Positions 48,145 through 57,532 of a stretch of DNA of 64,000 bases are shown here, in pieces. The first letter of the stretch is position 1, and every line of letters starts with the position of its first letter. A program made the translations under genes and the position numbers. This stretch comes from a virus. Below the pieces are notes generated by a model that saw only the letters and a program-made list of their open reading frames with translations, was not told where the DNA came from and did not search any database. The stretch is taken from IMG/VR virus record IMGVR_UViG_3300030002_000007, positions 1 through 64,000 of that record. One strand, 5' to 3'.

Positions 48145-48465
48145 ATGTCAAAAACCAAACCCAAGTACTTGCAGGCTCTTCAAGAGCGGCAGCAAGCGAT
48201 GATGTTGCACGTAGCCGACATTGTTGATCTGAAAAAGAAGAACCATCCCCAGCTGCGAGACGGTATCAAGAACAAGCCCGTCGAGTATTGGATGGGGTTG
48301 GCTGACGGAGTGAACGCCCTCTTTGAAGATGCTCTGCATAAGGCGAAGTGCTACAAGGGCTTCTCGTATGTCTACTTCGAGCATGGCGAGATGCATCGCG
48401 TGGCCACCGAAGATGTTCAACAGAACAAAGGGCGGTACCAAGAGTGGTGCCGTGAATATCACTGA
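48145..48465 (+). CDS. Hypothetical protein
   Basis: AGGAG RBS. Confidence 0.6.
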   Translation: MSKTKPKYLQALQERQQAMMLHVADIVDLKKKNHPQLRDGIKNKPVEYWMGLADGVNALFEDALHKAKCYKGFSYVYFEHGEMHRVATEDVQQNKGRYQEWCREYH

Positions 48466-48479
48466 CAAGGAGTTTGACA

Positions 48480-48788
48480 ATGAGCAAAGAATACCTTTTG
48501 GCACTGTGGCAGCGTGCTGATCGTTCCACTTGGTGGGCAGTTGCTTGCGGCATCGTGATGTGCTTCTACGGCATCTACAACGAAAGCTTGGGTCTCATCT
48601 TCGTTCATGCCTTCGGGCTCTTCGGTTGGTTCTGTGTGCTCAACAGGGAAGCCCAAGTGTCCTTTCAGGAAGAGACCATTGCTTTCCACCTGAAGTACAT
48701 AGAGACCATACTCCCGCTGCTTCCGGAGTCAGTCAAAACCCAAACAGAAGAATTCTTCTTCGGAGAAGATCATGACGCATCAAACTAA
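48480..48788 (+). CDS. Membrane protein (2 TM)
   Basis: AAGGAG RBS; two hydrophobic segments. Confidence 0.6.
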   Translation: MSKEYLLALWQRADRSTWWAVACGIVMCFYGIYNESLGLIFVHAFGLFGWFCVLNREAQVSFQEETIAFHLKYIETILPLLPESVKTQTEEFFFGEDHDASN

Positions 48789-49251
48789 AGAGGACAGGGT
48801 CCGGGCCGTCTGCCTGACGTTCATCAATCGCGTGAAGTTCACGTGGAATGAAGTCGAAGCTGCTGTGCGTGCAGCCCATCTAGGTGACGCTGGTGTCGAT
48901 ATTGCTAGCCGGGTCATTTTGTCATTTGCAGACGACCATGTGATCCTGCGTATTGGCGACGTGGTGCCGGGTGCCTATGGTCCTCATCCCGCAGCGGTTT
49001 CCCCGTTGTTCATTGCATTGTGTTTTCGTCGTCAGCTCAAAGCGTACAACGAGCGCAAGAAGCTGCTCGAGTACATCGACATTCCGCAAGCACGACTCGA
49101 GCTGTTTGCCCAGCGCAGATACGAGTCGTATCGGGCACACCTTGCTAAATGCACTACGCCCAGAGACGTCCACAAGCTGGTAGCCGCGCTTGCTGATCGG
49201 CTGGACCCGAATGGAGAAGACTTCCTTTCCATTCTCCACGACGCAGTTTAA
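48772..49251 (+). CDS. Hypothetical protein
   Basis: GGAG RBS. Confidence 0.6.
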   Translation: MTHQTKEDRVRAVCLTFINRVKFTWNEVEAAVRAAHLGDAGVDIASRVILSFADDHVILRIGDVVPGAYGPHPAAVSPLFIALCFRRQLKAYNERKKLLEYIDIPQARLELFAQRRYESYRAHLAKCTTPRDVHKLVAALADRLDPNGEDFLSILHDAV

Positions 49252-49263
49252 CTGGAGATCATC

Positions 49264-49692
49264 ATGTTACGTACTTTGTATCAGTTGTACAATCGGCTTC
49301 CCTTGATCACTCGGTTCGCCTTGCTCTTCCATGTAGTGCTGCCTATGGTTCTGGTTTGGCGTTACTTAGCGAGTGGCAGTACCGGTTTCTCATACTTCGA
49401 CTTCGAGTTCTTTTGGGCAATCAGTTTTACGGGGTGGCTTGCACATGCGCGCAGTTACATCAAGCTGCAAGTTGAGCGTGCTGGCTTTGACCCACTGGTC
49501 AAGTGTATTGAGTCGAGGATCTCTATCAATGGCGAAGCGGCTATCGTCGTGTGCTATGCTGATCCTGAGAACCCGTCAATCAAGAACTTGAGGTTTGGAT
49601 ACCTCAACACTATCGACGAGGCCGAGGCGAAGGTAGTGCCAGAGGGCAGTGTCTCGAAAAAAGAGTTCCTGCGTTCTGTATATACCGACTAA
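49264..49692 (+). CDS. Membrane protein (2 TM)
   Basis: GGAG RBS; hydrophobic N-terminal half. Confidence 0.6.
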   Translation: MLRTLYQLYNRLPLITRFALLFHVVLPMVLVWRYLASGSTGFSYFDFEFFWAISFTGWLAHARSYIKLQVERAGFDPLVKCIESRISINGEAAIVVCYADPENPSIKNLRFGYLNTIDEAEAKVVPEGSVSKKEFLRSVYTD

Positions 49693-49710
49693 GAGAAGGA
49701 AGAGAACATC

Positions 49711-50139
49711 ATGTCGATCCGACTTTCTGATTTGCGTGCCGTCGCCGATAACAACAACACCAATTGCATGACCTTTAATCCTGCGAAGTTTGAAAAGGCA
49801 TTCCGTCAACCCGATGAAGGCACCAAGGGTTTTGAGCGTCGGGTCGCCACTGAGCTCGAGCCTTACAACCTGTGCGTGTGTTTCGGCAATAATGCAACCC
49901 TCGTCGTTGCCGATTCTGATTTCCACCCCGTGAGCTTGGAACGCAGGCTTGAAGTGCCTTTGGTCTTCGAAGACGAGCTGATTCGTATCGTGGAACAAGA
50001 TGGCGTCAGGTTCAAAGAAGACGATGCCGGTTGGTTCTGGTTGTATAAGGGCCGCACCTACAGTAGTGAACCTGCCAATACGAAAGCTGCTGCAGCTCGA
50101 GCAGCCCACGATTACTTGATCGCTAATCACTACCTATGA
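49711..50139 (+). CDS. Hypothetical protein
   Basis: AAGGA RBS. Confidence 0.6.
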   Translation: MSIRLSDLRAVADNNNTNCMTFNPAKFEKAFRQPDEGTKGFERRVATELEPYNLCVCFGNNATLVVADSDFHPVSLERRLEVPLVFEDELIRIVEQDGVRFKEDDAGWFWLYKGRTYSSEPANTKAAAARAAHDYLIANHYL

Positions 50140-50191
50140 CCTACCATATCGTGCTAGTCGCAATGGCATTGATAGTGCTGTGGGTCTGAAA

Positions 50192-50362
50192 ATGATCTCG
50201 CAATATCTGCCTGAAGACCTGCTCGAGTTGGAGCGTCAGTTCAGCCCTTCGTTTTATCAAGCCGCCCTTGAAGAGCTCAAGCCGTTTTACGCTCAGCAGG
50301 ATTGTGAATACGTGGCGTGGATAGATTTCCTCGACGCCTTCCCTATGTACCTGAACCTATAG
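50192..50362 (+). CDS. Small hypothetical protein
   Basis: Fills the gap on the coding strand. Confidence 0.45.
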   Translation: MISQYLPEDLLELERQFSPSFYQAALEELKPFYAQQDCEYVAWIDFLDAFPMYLNL

Positions 50363-50371
50363 GAGTGAGTC

Positions 50372-50623
50372 ATGTTAGATCAGAAGACGGCACGAACATT
50401 CGTGTTTTGGGCAATCGTAATCTTCAGCACGCTCAGTTGGTTGCATTACGTAGCGACGCGCAGGTTCCTTCCTGCCGGTCATCCATGGAAGGATCGCCGG
50501 CGTACTCTGGTGGAATGGGCTACGCATTCAACACCCCTAATGCACCAAATCAATTTGTGTTTCTGGCTATGTACCAGCATCGCGGTTGAGTTGATTGTAG
50601 TTGTGGTGAGGCACGTACCGTGA
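50372..50623 (+). CDS. Small membrane protein (2 TM)
   Basis: AGGAG RBS; hydrophobic ends. Confidence 0.6.
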   Translation: MLDQKTARTFVFWAIVIFSTLSWLHYVATRRFLPAGHPWKDRRRTLVEWATHSTPLMHQINLCFWLCTSIAVELIVVVVRHVP

Positions 50624-50958
50624 ACGCCGGCAAGCCAAAGGGCGACGTAAGAGTCACCGGAATTATCGCCACTGGGGATCCCAACAAGATCAGTGTGACC
50701 GCAACGATAGAGTGTATGGATTCTGAAGGCACGAAGTTCTCTTTCAGCGCGTGTTACTTCGTCAATGAACTCAGTCCGTACAATCCCAAGCAGGTGATGC
50801 CGTTTGGCGATTGGCGGACGGCACGAGAGGAGTTCATCAAAAACCATCCCAAGCGTTGGTACGTAAAGGACGATGCGTATAGACGAGAGTTTCTCATTCA
50901 CGCGTACATGAAGGGCACCCCGTTCGATCAGGTGCCCGGATTGGAGAAAGGAAAATAG
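50620..50958 (+). CDS. Hypothetical protein
   Basis: GTGA overlap; GAGG RBS. Confidence 0.55.
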   Translation: MNAGKPKGDVRVTGIIATGDPNKISVTATIECMDSEGTKFSFSACYFVNELSPYNPKQVMPFGDWRTAREEFIKNHPKRWYVKDDAYRREFLIHAYMKGTPFDQVPGLEKGK

Positions 50959-50959
50959 C

Positions 50960-51220
50960 ATGGCTCGCACTAAGACCAAAGATCAACTGATCCTAGCCCT
51001 GATCCGTAAGCTCAACGCGGACTCAAGGTATGACAAGTACGCAGATGGTAAGCACTGCTATCGAAATCTTACTCGAGCTTCTGTTCAAAAGGATTTCGGT
51101 GTTGACCTTAACGAACTGTGGAAGATGCCTTCTGCTGATCGCGCTTGGATTGACAAGTCTGTATCGTCCTCTCCCGCTCACTATCAGATCGGCTACCGTT
51201 TCGGCCGAGTCATACACTAA
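50960..51220 (+). CDS. Hypothetical protein
   Basis: AAGGA RBS. Confidence 0.55.
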   Translation: MARTKTKDQLILALIRKLNADSRYDKYADGKHCYRNLTRASVQKDFGVDLNELWKMPSADRAWIDKSVSSSPAHYQIGYRFGRVIH

Positions 51221-51230
51221 GGAGAATAGC

Positions 51231-51482
51231 ATGGCAACAGTAACGTATCACATCAAGACTGTTTATTACGCCCACAACAAATCAGTTGTGAAGATTAACC
51301 ATGCGGGGCATGCAAATAGTGCCGTCCCTCGTTGCGTGTACCACATGCAGTTGAACAGGTATGAGGCAACAGTGGCGGAAGTGTTTGATGACGCCTCTGG
51401 CGTTCTTCATGCGGTCATCACCCGCTCGGTAAACGGTGACATAAAGATCATATTCAAACGTACTGTCGAAGAAGGGATGTGA
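51231..51482 (+). CDS. Hypothetical protein
   Basis: AAGGAG RBS. Confidence 0.6.
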   Translation: MATVTYHIKTVYYAHNKSVVKINHAGHANSAVPRCVYHMQLNRYEATVAEVFDDASGVLHAVITRSVNGDIKIIFKRTVEEGM

Positions 51483-51483
51483 C

Positions 51484-51930
51484 ATGAGAACCACAGCAAG
51501 CAGAGAAGAACAATTAGTTCGTGCGTCTAAGTTGCGCGCGTTGATTATTGGCTACCTCAATACCAATGCACAGACCATGGCGGTGACTCGTAGTGACATG
51601 GTTGCTGATTTATCAGATCAACTGAAAGAGCTCGGTTACAAAGAGTCGGCCGTAGACAATTTCTTGTACGTCATGTCCAAGGACCTGCTTATCGGCAAGG
51701 CTGCCAAGCAGGGGACTAAGGTTACCTACTGTTCAAAAGACAGTAGCCTAGCCACAAACATCCCATATCGCAAGAAGGCAAAAGACCGAGACGCCAGCAC
51801 TGCAGTCGTAGTAACAAAGAAGTCCAAGTCTTCAAGGGTTCCGGAAATCTCTCTTGACTACGTGAAAAGTTCCAATCGTGTCCGCTTGACGATCAACGGT
51901 CTTGTTATCGAGATCGGCGTTGTTGATTAG
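51484..51930 (+). CDS. Hypothetical basic protein, possibly DNA-binding
   Basis: Operon-coupled ORF. Confidence 0.6.
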   Translation: MRTTASREEQLVRASKLRALIIGYLNTNAQTMAVTRSDMVADLSDQLKELGYKESAVDNFLYVMSKDLLIGKAAKQGTKVTYCSKDSSLATNIPYRKKAKDRDASTAVVVTKKSKSSRVPEISLDYVKSSNRVRLTINGLVIEIGVVD

Positions 51931-51952
51931 TTGTGACTATAAGGAGATTAGC

Positions 51953-52324
51953 ATGGCCTACGTTACTGGACCGATAAGCACTTTGCCCGGTCACCACTCG
52001 AAGTCCCCAGACGGTGAAGTTTGCGATCACCATCCTGATCGACCTGCCATCCATAGGGTGCAGGGAGAGACCGACTCGTTCGGCTGCGAGGGTGCTGATT
52101 ACTGCCAAGAGTGCTACGACAAACAAGAGGCGGAAGTTGCCAAGCACAAAGCTGAGGCTGCCACTGGTATGTGCGAGTGGTGCAAGAACCACGCGACCGA
52201 CCTGAAGAAGCACCGGGACTTTGAAGAAGGTGCATCCGGCCGAGTTTACGATGTGTGCTTAGCTTGCCGCAGACGCGAGTCCGAGGCGCTTGCAGCCGAG
52301 CACGACGATAACGATTACTACTGA
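51953..52324 (+). CDS. Cys/His-rich zinc-binding hypothetical protein
   Basis: CDHH, CQEC, CEWC, CLAC; AAGGAG RBS. Confidence 0.7.
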   Translation: MAYVTGPISTLPGHHSKSPDGEVCDHHPDRPAIHRVQGETDSFGCEGADYCQECYDKQEAEVAKHKAEAATGMCEWCKNHATDLKKHRDFEEGASGRVYDVCLACRRRESEALAAEHDDNDYY

Positions 52325-52335
52325 AAGGAAGTGAA

Positions 52336-52785
52336 ATGAGAAAGACGATCATCCTGAATATCAAAAACGACCAAGCCATACTCAAGCCTGTGTGCTATGG
52401 CTGCGGTTACTTGGTTGCCGGATCAACGGCCTTCTACAAGTGCCATGTCGCAGGTAGCTGTCCTGCAGTTGCTGCACCCAAAGCCAAAGCACCACTAGGG
52501 AAGGTTTCCTTGGTCGACGCCAAAAGCAAAAGCAAACCTGCAATCTCGTACCCGATCGGTGCTGTAGTCATCATCACCAAGAAGGGTCGGGATGCAAACG
52601 ACGGGAAGCCTGAAGTGATAACGGGTGTGACGTTCAACACCAACGGAAACTATTTGATGTATTCCGTTGGATGTTGCTCATGGTTCACCCATAAAGATTT
52701 TGAGTACCAATGTGGGCCCACCAAGAAGAGCCTGAAGCGCGTCGCCCAACTCCTGCACGAAGAAGAGGACACTGACGAAGAATAG
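52336..52785 (+). CDS. Cys-rich hypothetical protein
   Basis: CYGC...CH...C; AAGGA RBS. Confidence 0.6.
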   Translation: MRKTIILNIKNDQAILKPVCYGCGYLVAGSTAFYKCHVAGSCPAVAAPKAKAPLGKVSLVDAKSKSKPAISYPIGAVVIITKKGRDANDGKPEVITGVTFNTNGNYLMYSVGCCSWFTHKDFEYQCGPTKKSLKRVAQLLHEEEDTDEE

Positions 52786-52848
52786 TAGCAAGTCGCTAAT
52801 CAACAAACCCTACCATTCACCATTCACCACTCAAACAAAGGAATAGCC

Positions 52849-53472
52849 ATGAACGCCAAGAAGTTTCGTAAAGCCGTACTGAGTATCCTCACCTCCGACT
52901 CTGATCGTTGTGCTTTGTTCAACGGGAATGATACCAAGTTCAAAAACACAACGGACAAGCAGATACTCGAGATGATGGATAACGGACTATCAACACTGTT
53001 CTCTTTCACGCCGGCTCGGTTACCTATCCCGAAGAATGAAGGCTTCCGCACCGGGATGGTTTCTCCCAAAGCAGACAAAGACCCGGTCATCAACTGCGCC
53101 GGCCCTGATCGCACGTTGCTGTTTCAGGCATTACCTAATGCCGTGATCCACCAGCACGCAGACTTCTTCATCCGGTGCCTTCCTCCTCGCGAACTTAAAG
53201 AACTTGAGCTTGAAGGCATCGCGGTCTTCAGCAAGAATAAGCCGGAGCAGCGTGCGAAGATGGTCGGTCGCGTCGTAGTCATGCCGCTTCAGGTCGGCTA
53301 TGTGCAACCTCTTCTATCCTCCCTCTCGCCTAAAGGAATCCTGCTCGGCAAGTACCTTGAAGAGTGCTCTCGTAACCGCCCAGCCTTGCAGGCTATGTGG
53401 CAGGCTGCATACACCGAGATCCTCAATGCATACTACGCTAGCCTTAGTGGGCGTCACGATGACGAAGAATGA
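52849..53472 (+). CDS. Hypothetical protein
   Basis: AAGGA RBS. Confidence 0.6.
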   Translation: MNAKKFRKAVLSILTSDSDRCALFNGNDTKFKNTTDKQILEMMDNGLSTLFSFTPARLPIPKNEGFRTGMVSPKADKDPVINCAGPDRTLLFQALPNAVIHQHADFFIRCLPPRELKELELEGIAVFSKNKPEQRAKMVGRVVVMPLQVGYVQPLLSSLSPKGILLGKYLEECSRNRPALQAMWQAAYTEILNAYYASLSGRHDDEE

Positions 53473-53914
53473 AGTGTTCTTCAACTTGGTATCAAACGGG
53501 TTGGCGCGTGAGACATTCACATCCATCGATTTTGAATTCGTGATCGACATCTCCTCTATTCGGGAGATCGTGGTTGCCAATCCTAAGCGCTGGCCCGTAA
53601 CTCGCGTGCTTCTCAATCCGCAGGTGGTTGACTTCGTCAGCTCGAAGCGCGAGATCGATGCAGACAGGATGAAGACCCTGACTCGGGCGCAGCTGGAAGA
53701 CTTTGGATTCGTCGCTACGTTTCCAGACGGCAAGGACGGCGTGTGCCCGATTGATGGTCACCACCGAATGATGCGCAGGTACGAGATAGGGCTTCCGTTC
53801 ATGGATGTGTATTTGATTCCGTGGATGGATCTGCCACAAGCCGATCCAAATCGCCCCACTGTCTCATGGGGCAACAAGCAGGTAAATCGCGAAACTGGTG
53901 ACTGGGACGACTAG
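53459..53914 (+). CDS. ParB/sulfiredoxin-like domain protein
   Basis: IDGHHR motif. Confidence 0.55.
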   Translation: MTKNEVFFNLVSNGLARETFTSIDFEFVIDISSIREIVVANPKRWPVTRVLLNPQVVDFVSSKREIDADRMKTLTRAQLEDFGFVATFPDGKDGVCPIDGHHRMMRRYEIGLPFMDVYLIPWMDLPQADPNRPTVSWGNKQVNRETGDWDD

Positions 53915-53924
53915 AACACGAAAC

Positions 53925-53953
53925 TAGACAGAAACGGCCAGTTGTGATATACT
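53925..53953 (+). promoter_or_regulatory. Sigma70-type promoter
   Basis: TAGACA-17-TATACT with extended -10 TG. Confidence 0.7.
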
Positions 53954-53972
53954 GTAGTTGTGAAACAATCAA

Positions 53973-54323
53973 ATGGAGGCAAAAATGAAGCGATTAACCC
54001 CCAAAATACAGACATCTACAACTGAGCTGTTTTCGGTTCAGAGAAACCTTGCAAGACTTCGCGCACAGGTTCGAGTATTGGAAGGGATTGAAACGGAGTT
54101 GGTTGAAAAGCTTACTCCAGTGTATGCCGCCACGAAAGCCCCACAAGGCATGGCTGAGATCGACGTTCTGATTGCCGGTATGAACTATACTGTAAAATAC
54201 AGACATGCAGAACGACGAATCGCAGACATGGTTAAAGTCGGTAAAGTGTTCGCATCCCTAGGTAAACGAGTGCCGACGAAAAACATCAGTATCGACACTC
54301 TGAAAGTCGTCAAGAGCGCGTAG
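53973..54323 (+). CDS. Hypothetical protein (start may be the ATG after GGAGG)
   Basis: Directly after the promoter. Confidence 0.6.
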   Translation: MEAKMKRLTPKIQTSTTELFSVQRNLARLRAQVRVLEGIETELVEKLTPVYAATKAPQGMAEIDVLIAGMNYTVKYRHAERRIADMVKVGKVFASLGKRVPTKNISIDTLKVVKSA

Positions 54324-54397
54324 TCGTACAAATCACAATTTGACCGCAGTTAGGTCGTTCCTGTTTTTAACGTAGTTCACTCTCAAGGAGTTTCACC

Positions 54398-55138
54398 ATG
54401 GTAGTCAAAAAGCCCCTCGCAAAGAAGCCGCTGATCGATCAGGCCAAGAAGGCCGTCGCGAAGATCGGCACGAAGACAGCAGCAGCCCCAGTCAAGAAAG
54501 GTGCGTTCGGTCGTCCGGTAGTTGCAGGTGCTGCAAAGAAGGCTCCAGTGCGGAAGGCCGCTCCCGCAAAGCGCAAGCCAGTTCTGTTTGCAGCGCCGGC
54601 TGACTTCAAGCCCCACTTCCTGTTGATCGAAGTCCATTCGGAAAAAGACGGACTGATCGGCGGCAACGTTGGTGCCGTTCGCTACATGGGTCGTTTCGAC
54701 CCTGCTGCAGACGACAAGAAAAAGTCGAACATGGCCGAATACGACCAAGACACGTTGCGCGGCATTGCAGCACGGCTCGCAGCTATCACGTTCAAGACCA
54801 ACGCTGATCGCGTCTTCTCAGCAGATCCGTCCGAACGTGAAGGTGTGCGCGGTGCACATCGCCTTCCGCGTTCGACAGTGTTTCACGTCCTGGTTCGTGT
54901 TGGCAGTCGCAAGGCCGACGGCAGCATCATGTGTCCCGTTCGTGCAATCTATCAACGCGTGCAGAAGAAATCGACCAAGACCGGCAAGGTCGTCAGCAAG
55001 TCCGTGGCTTTGACGAAGACCGATCCAGTTTCACGTATGTTGCGTCGCGTCGGCCGTATTCTTCCGGCGGCGTTCAAGAATGTCCTCATGCCTCCGAAGA
55101 AGACCCGTGGCAGTCGTAAGGAAGAAGCCGAAGAATGA
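54398..55138 (+). CDS. Highly basic protein with K/A/P-rich N-terminus
   Basis: AAGGAG RBS; composition. Confidence 0.7.
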   Translation: MVVKKPLAKKPLIDQAKKAVAKIGTKTAAAPVKKGAFGRPVVAGAAKKAPVRKAAPAKRKPVLFAAPADFKPHFLLIEVHSEKDGLIGGNVGAVRYMGRFDPAADDKKKSNMAEYDQDTLRGIAARLAAITFKTNADRVFSADPSEREGVRGAHRLPRSTVFHVLVRVGSRKADGSIMCPVRAIYQRVQKKSTKTGKVVSKSVALTKTDPVSRMLRRVGRILPAAFKNVLMPPKKTRGSRKEEAEE

Positions 55139-55162
55139 GTTTTCGGTAGTTCGTAGTACAGC

Positions 55163-55226
55163 AGCGACCCAACTTGTAAATAGCCCGTAGTTGTGAGCTA
55201 TTCTGCTAGACGGGTCGCTTATCTTT
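55163..55226 (+). terminator. Nested hairpin containing a TGTAAAT element
   Basis: AGCGACCC / GGGTCGCT outer stem, AATAGC / GCTATT inner stem, T-rich tail. Confidence 0.5.
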
Positions 55227-55258
55227 TAGTGTCCCAATCACAGAAGATGGAGTAGAAC

Positions 55259-55564
55259 ATGGCCGTGAAGAAAGCAACTGTTGTAAATACGAAGCGTAAC
55301 AACAAGGCAGTAGAAGAGCAGCTGGAGATTCCCTCGGTCGTAGCACGACTCGAAGCCGCTGTTTTGCAGTTGAAGAGAACGTTAGCTGAACTGTCTTCTC
55401 GCTTGACTCCAGTCACAGCAAGTGATTTCGAGTTCGGAAGTGAGGAAGTCCCTGAGGGGGATAGCTGCGAGACACCACTCGGCCAGCAGTTGGAAGATGT
55501 TGTTGCAGACATAACCGCACAGGAGGAATTCATCAGGGCGCAGATCGAAGCATTGCGCATCTGA
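55259..55564 (+). CDS. Coiled-coil hypothetical protein
   Basis: GGAG RBS. Confidence 0.6.
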   Translation: MAVKKATVVNTKRNNKAVEEQLEIPSVVARLEAAVLQLKRTLAELSSRLTPVTASDFEFGSEEVPEGDSCETPLGQQLEDVVADITAQEEFIRAQIEALRI

Positions 55565-55691
55565 AGAAACAAAACTGTAAATATTTGTTGTAGCAGCAAA
55601 ATGTTTCACCACGTAGTACTGCAGTAGTACGAGTTAATGATTGCGCTCGCCATAAAGACAATCTGTTATCTATCACAAGGAATCAAGCAAA

Positions 55692-56363
55692 ATGATCGCA
55701 AAGAAAAAAGCCCCAGCCAACAAGCCCGCCGCCAAGAAGCCTGTTGCTCGCGTTGTTGCCAAAGCGCCGGGCAAGACCAAGCGTCGCGTGGTTGAAGTTG
55801 AAGAGGACGAGGATGAAGTCGAAGCCGAAGAGTCCTCCAGCCAATGCGTCCTTCTGAACTACGTTGCTCAAATCACCGGCAAGAAGATCATCCCCTCCGA
55901 CGTCGGCTACACGGTTGACGGCGAACTGATCCTCAAGGCCCAAGTCGTTGCAGTCGTCGGCAAGACGATCTTCTATCGCACTTCCGTCAACCTTGGCGAG
56001 ATGGGCGAAGTCCAGTTGATCAAGGGCATGACCTGCATCGATACGGAAGAAGGCAAGCTGGTGGTGTTTGATCCGTCGGCCATCACGATCGTGACCCTCA
56101 ATGCCGGCGCCGGTGCCGAAGAAGAAGCCGAGGACGAAGATGAAGTCCCCGACGAGGACGAAGATGAAGATGAAGCTCCTGCTCCGAAGAAGAAAAAGGG
56201 CAAGAAGGTAGTCGAGGAAGAAGATGACGACGAAGTCCCGGAAGATGACGACGAAGTCCCGGATGACGACGAGGACGACGAAGTCGAAGTCCCGAAGAAG
56301 AAAAAGGGCAAGAAGGTTGTTGAAGAAGATGACGACGAAGGTGACGACGACTTCTCCTTCTGA
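55692..56363 (+). CDS. Protein with basic N-terminus and K-block/DE-block C-terminal tail
   Basis: PKKKKGKKVVEE repeated twice; AAGGA RBS. Confidence 0.7.
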   Translation: MIAKKKAPANKPAAKKPVARVVAKAPGKTKRRVVEVEEDEDEVEAEESSSQCVLLNYVAQITGKKIIPSDVGYTVDGELILKAQVVAVVGKTIFYRTSVNLGEMGEVQLIKGMTCIDTEEGKLVVFDPSAITIVTLNAGAGAEEEAEDEDEVPDEDEDEDEAPAPKKKKGKKVVEEEDDDEVPEDDDEVPDDDEDDEVEVPKKKKGKKVVEEDDDEGDDDFSF

Positions 56364-56395
56364 GCGTCAAGGTTGACAGGTAATTGATACTGAAC

Positions 56396-56418
56396 GGGAG
56401 GGGCATTTTGCCCTTCCC
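56396..56418 (+). terminator. Hairpin, probable terminator
   Basis: GGGAGGGGC ATTTT GCCCTTCCC. Confidence 0.5.
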
Positions 56419-56448
56419 ATTCTAGCATCAGAAATAGGAGAATGTGTT

Positions 56449-56757
56449 ATGCCGGCGATAGAGTATCTTGCCCTGTATTCAACGAACTGCAAGCGTTGCC
56501 ACTACCTTGATCCACAGGAGCCGAAGAAGTTCACCCGGTGCCATTTCTCCAAAGGCAATACCGACTGCCCCGCAACTGAAATACGAATCGTGATTGCAGG
56601 GAAAGCGACGCGCATGGCTCACAAAGTAGTGGAAGCACGAAAGAACAGAGACAGCGTTGCCGAGGCTGCGATCTTTGCAGCACTAGTGAGTGAGAGTGCC
56701 GCATTTCAATCTCGTTTTTACGACGATCTGGAGAGCATATGCCCCAAAAAGTCATAA
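56449..56757 (+). CDS. Cys-rich hypothetical protein
   Basis: CKRCH...CH...CP; AGGAG RBS. Confidence 0.6.
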   Translation: MPAIEYLALYSTNCKRCHYLDPQEPKKFTRCHFSKGNTDCPATEIRIVIAGKATRMAHKVVEARKNRDSVAEAAIFAALVSESAAFQSRFYDDLESICPKKS

Positions 56758-57203
56758 CGTTAGTCAAGCTGAAACAGTGGCTCATCCCCGCTGACATTGA
56801 TAGTTACCGAATTCTGCACCAACTCAAAGTCCCGAACGTTCGCTTCCATGAAGAGTTCCTTCCGACCTTGATGTTGCTCCTGAAGAAAAAGAAAGTTGAA
56901 GTTCAAGGCCTACCGTTTGCCGACGTCTTGAACGAGTTCATGGATCGCTTCGTTTCGGAATGGGAAAAGAACCCGAAGCGCACCATCTACATGTCGAAGG
57001 GAGTACTCAAGCTCGAATCGAAAGACCTGCGGAATGTGAAGCGTACTTTCCCCGAGGCTGAGACCTGCCTTCGCCGATTCTTCCGTCGTTGGGGTTTCGA
57101 CAACACGGCGACCTTCTCCGAATCACCAACTCGAGCAAAGCTTGTAGTGACGTTCGAGATCTCAAAGACCAAACAACCGATCATCGAGTTCCTGAAGGAC
57201 TGA
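56739..57203 (+). CDS. Hypothetical protein
   Basis: GGAG RBS. Confidence 0.6.
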   Translation: MPQKVITLVKLKQWLIPADIDSYRILHQLKVPNVRFHEEFLPTLMLLLKKKKVEVQGLPFADVLNEFMDRFVSEWEKNPKRTIYMSKGVLKLESKDLRNVKRTFPEAETCLRRFFRRWGFDNTATFSESPTRAKLVVTFEISKTKQPIIEFLKD

Positions 57204-57205
57204 GC

Positions 57206-57532
57206 ATGGAAGCGCGAAAGCGAAAACCAGCCGAGCCGTACATCTCGCAATTTGAATGCAAGGCGATCGACCTTCTGTTGAAGTTGGGTCCGTGCATTGG
57301 TCGAGTGTTCGCTGTAAAGTATTGGGGTGTAGTCAAGCACAGTAGCAGTAAGTACTCGGACTATGCGCTGAAAGGTGCTGTAGGTCTGAACCGGATGCGT
57401 CGGCATGGCCTAGTATATAGCACTGTTCCGAGCAGCGGGTTTAAGTCCCCAGCGTATCACCTGTGGCACGTAACTGAATTGGGTATCCTCTTGCAACACA
57501 ACTACCTCGCACGATATGGCGAACCAAAATGA
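57206..57532 (+). CDS. Possible winged-helix protein
   Basis: LNRMRRHGLV...WHVTELG pattern; AAGGA RBS. Confidence 0.5.
   Translation: MEARKRKPAEPYISQFECKAIDLLLKLGPCIGRVFAVKYWGVVKHSSSKYSDYALKGAVGLNRMRRHGLVYSTVPSSGFKSPAYHLWHVTELGILLQHNYLARYGEPK

Noticed and set aside
55973-56428. Minus-strand Ser/Phe-rich ORFs
   Set aside because: Antisense shadow of the acidic/basic tail of 55692-56363.
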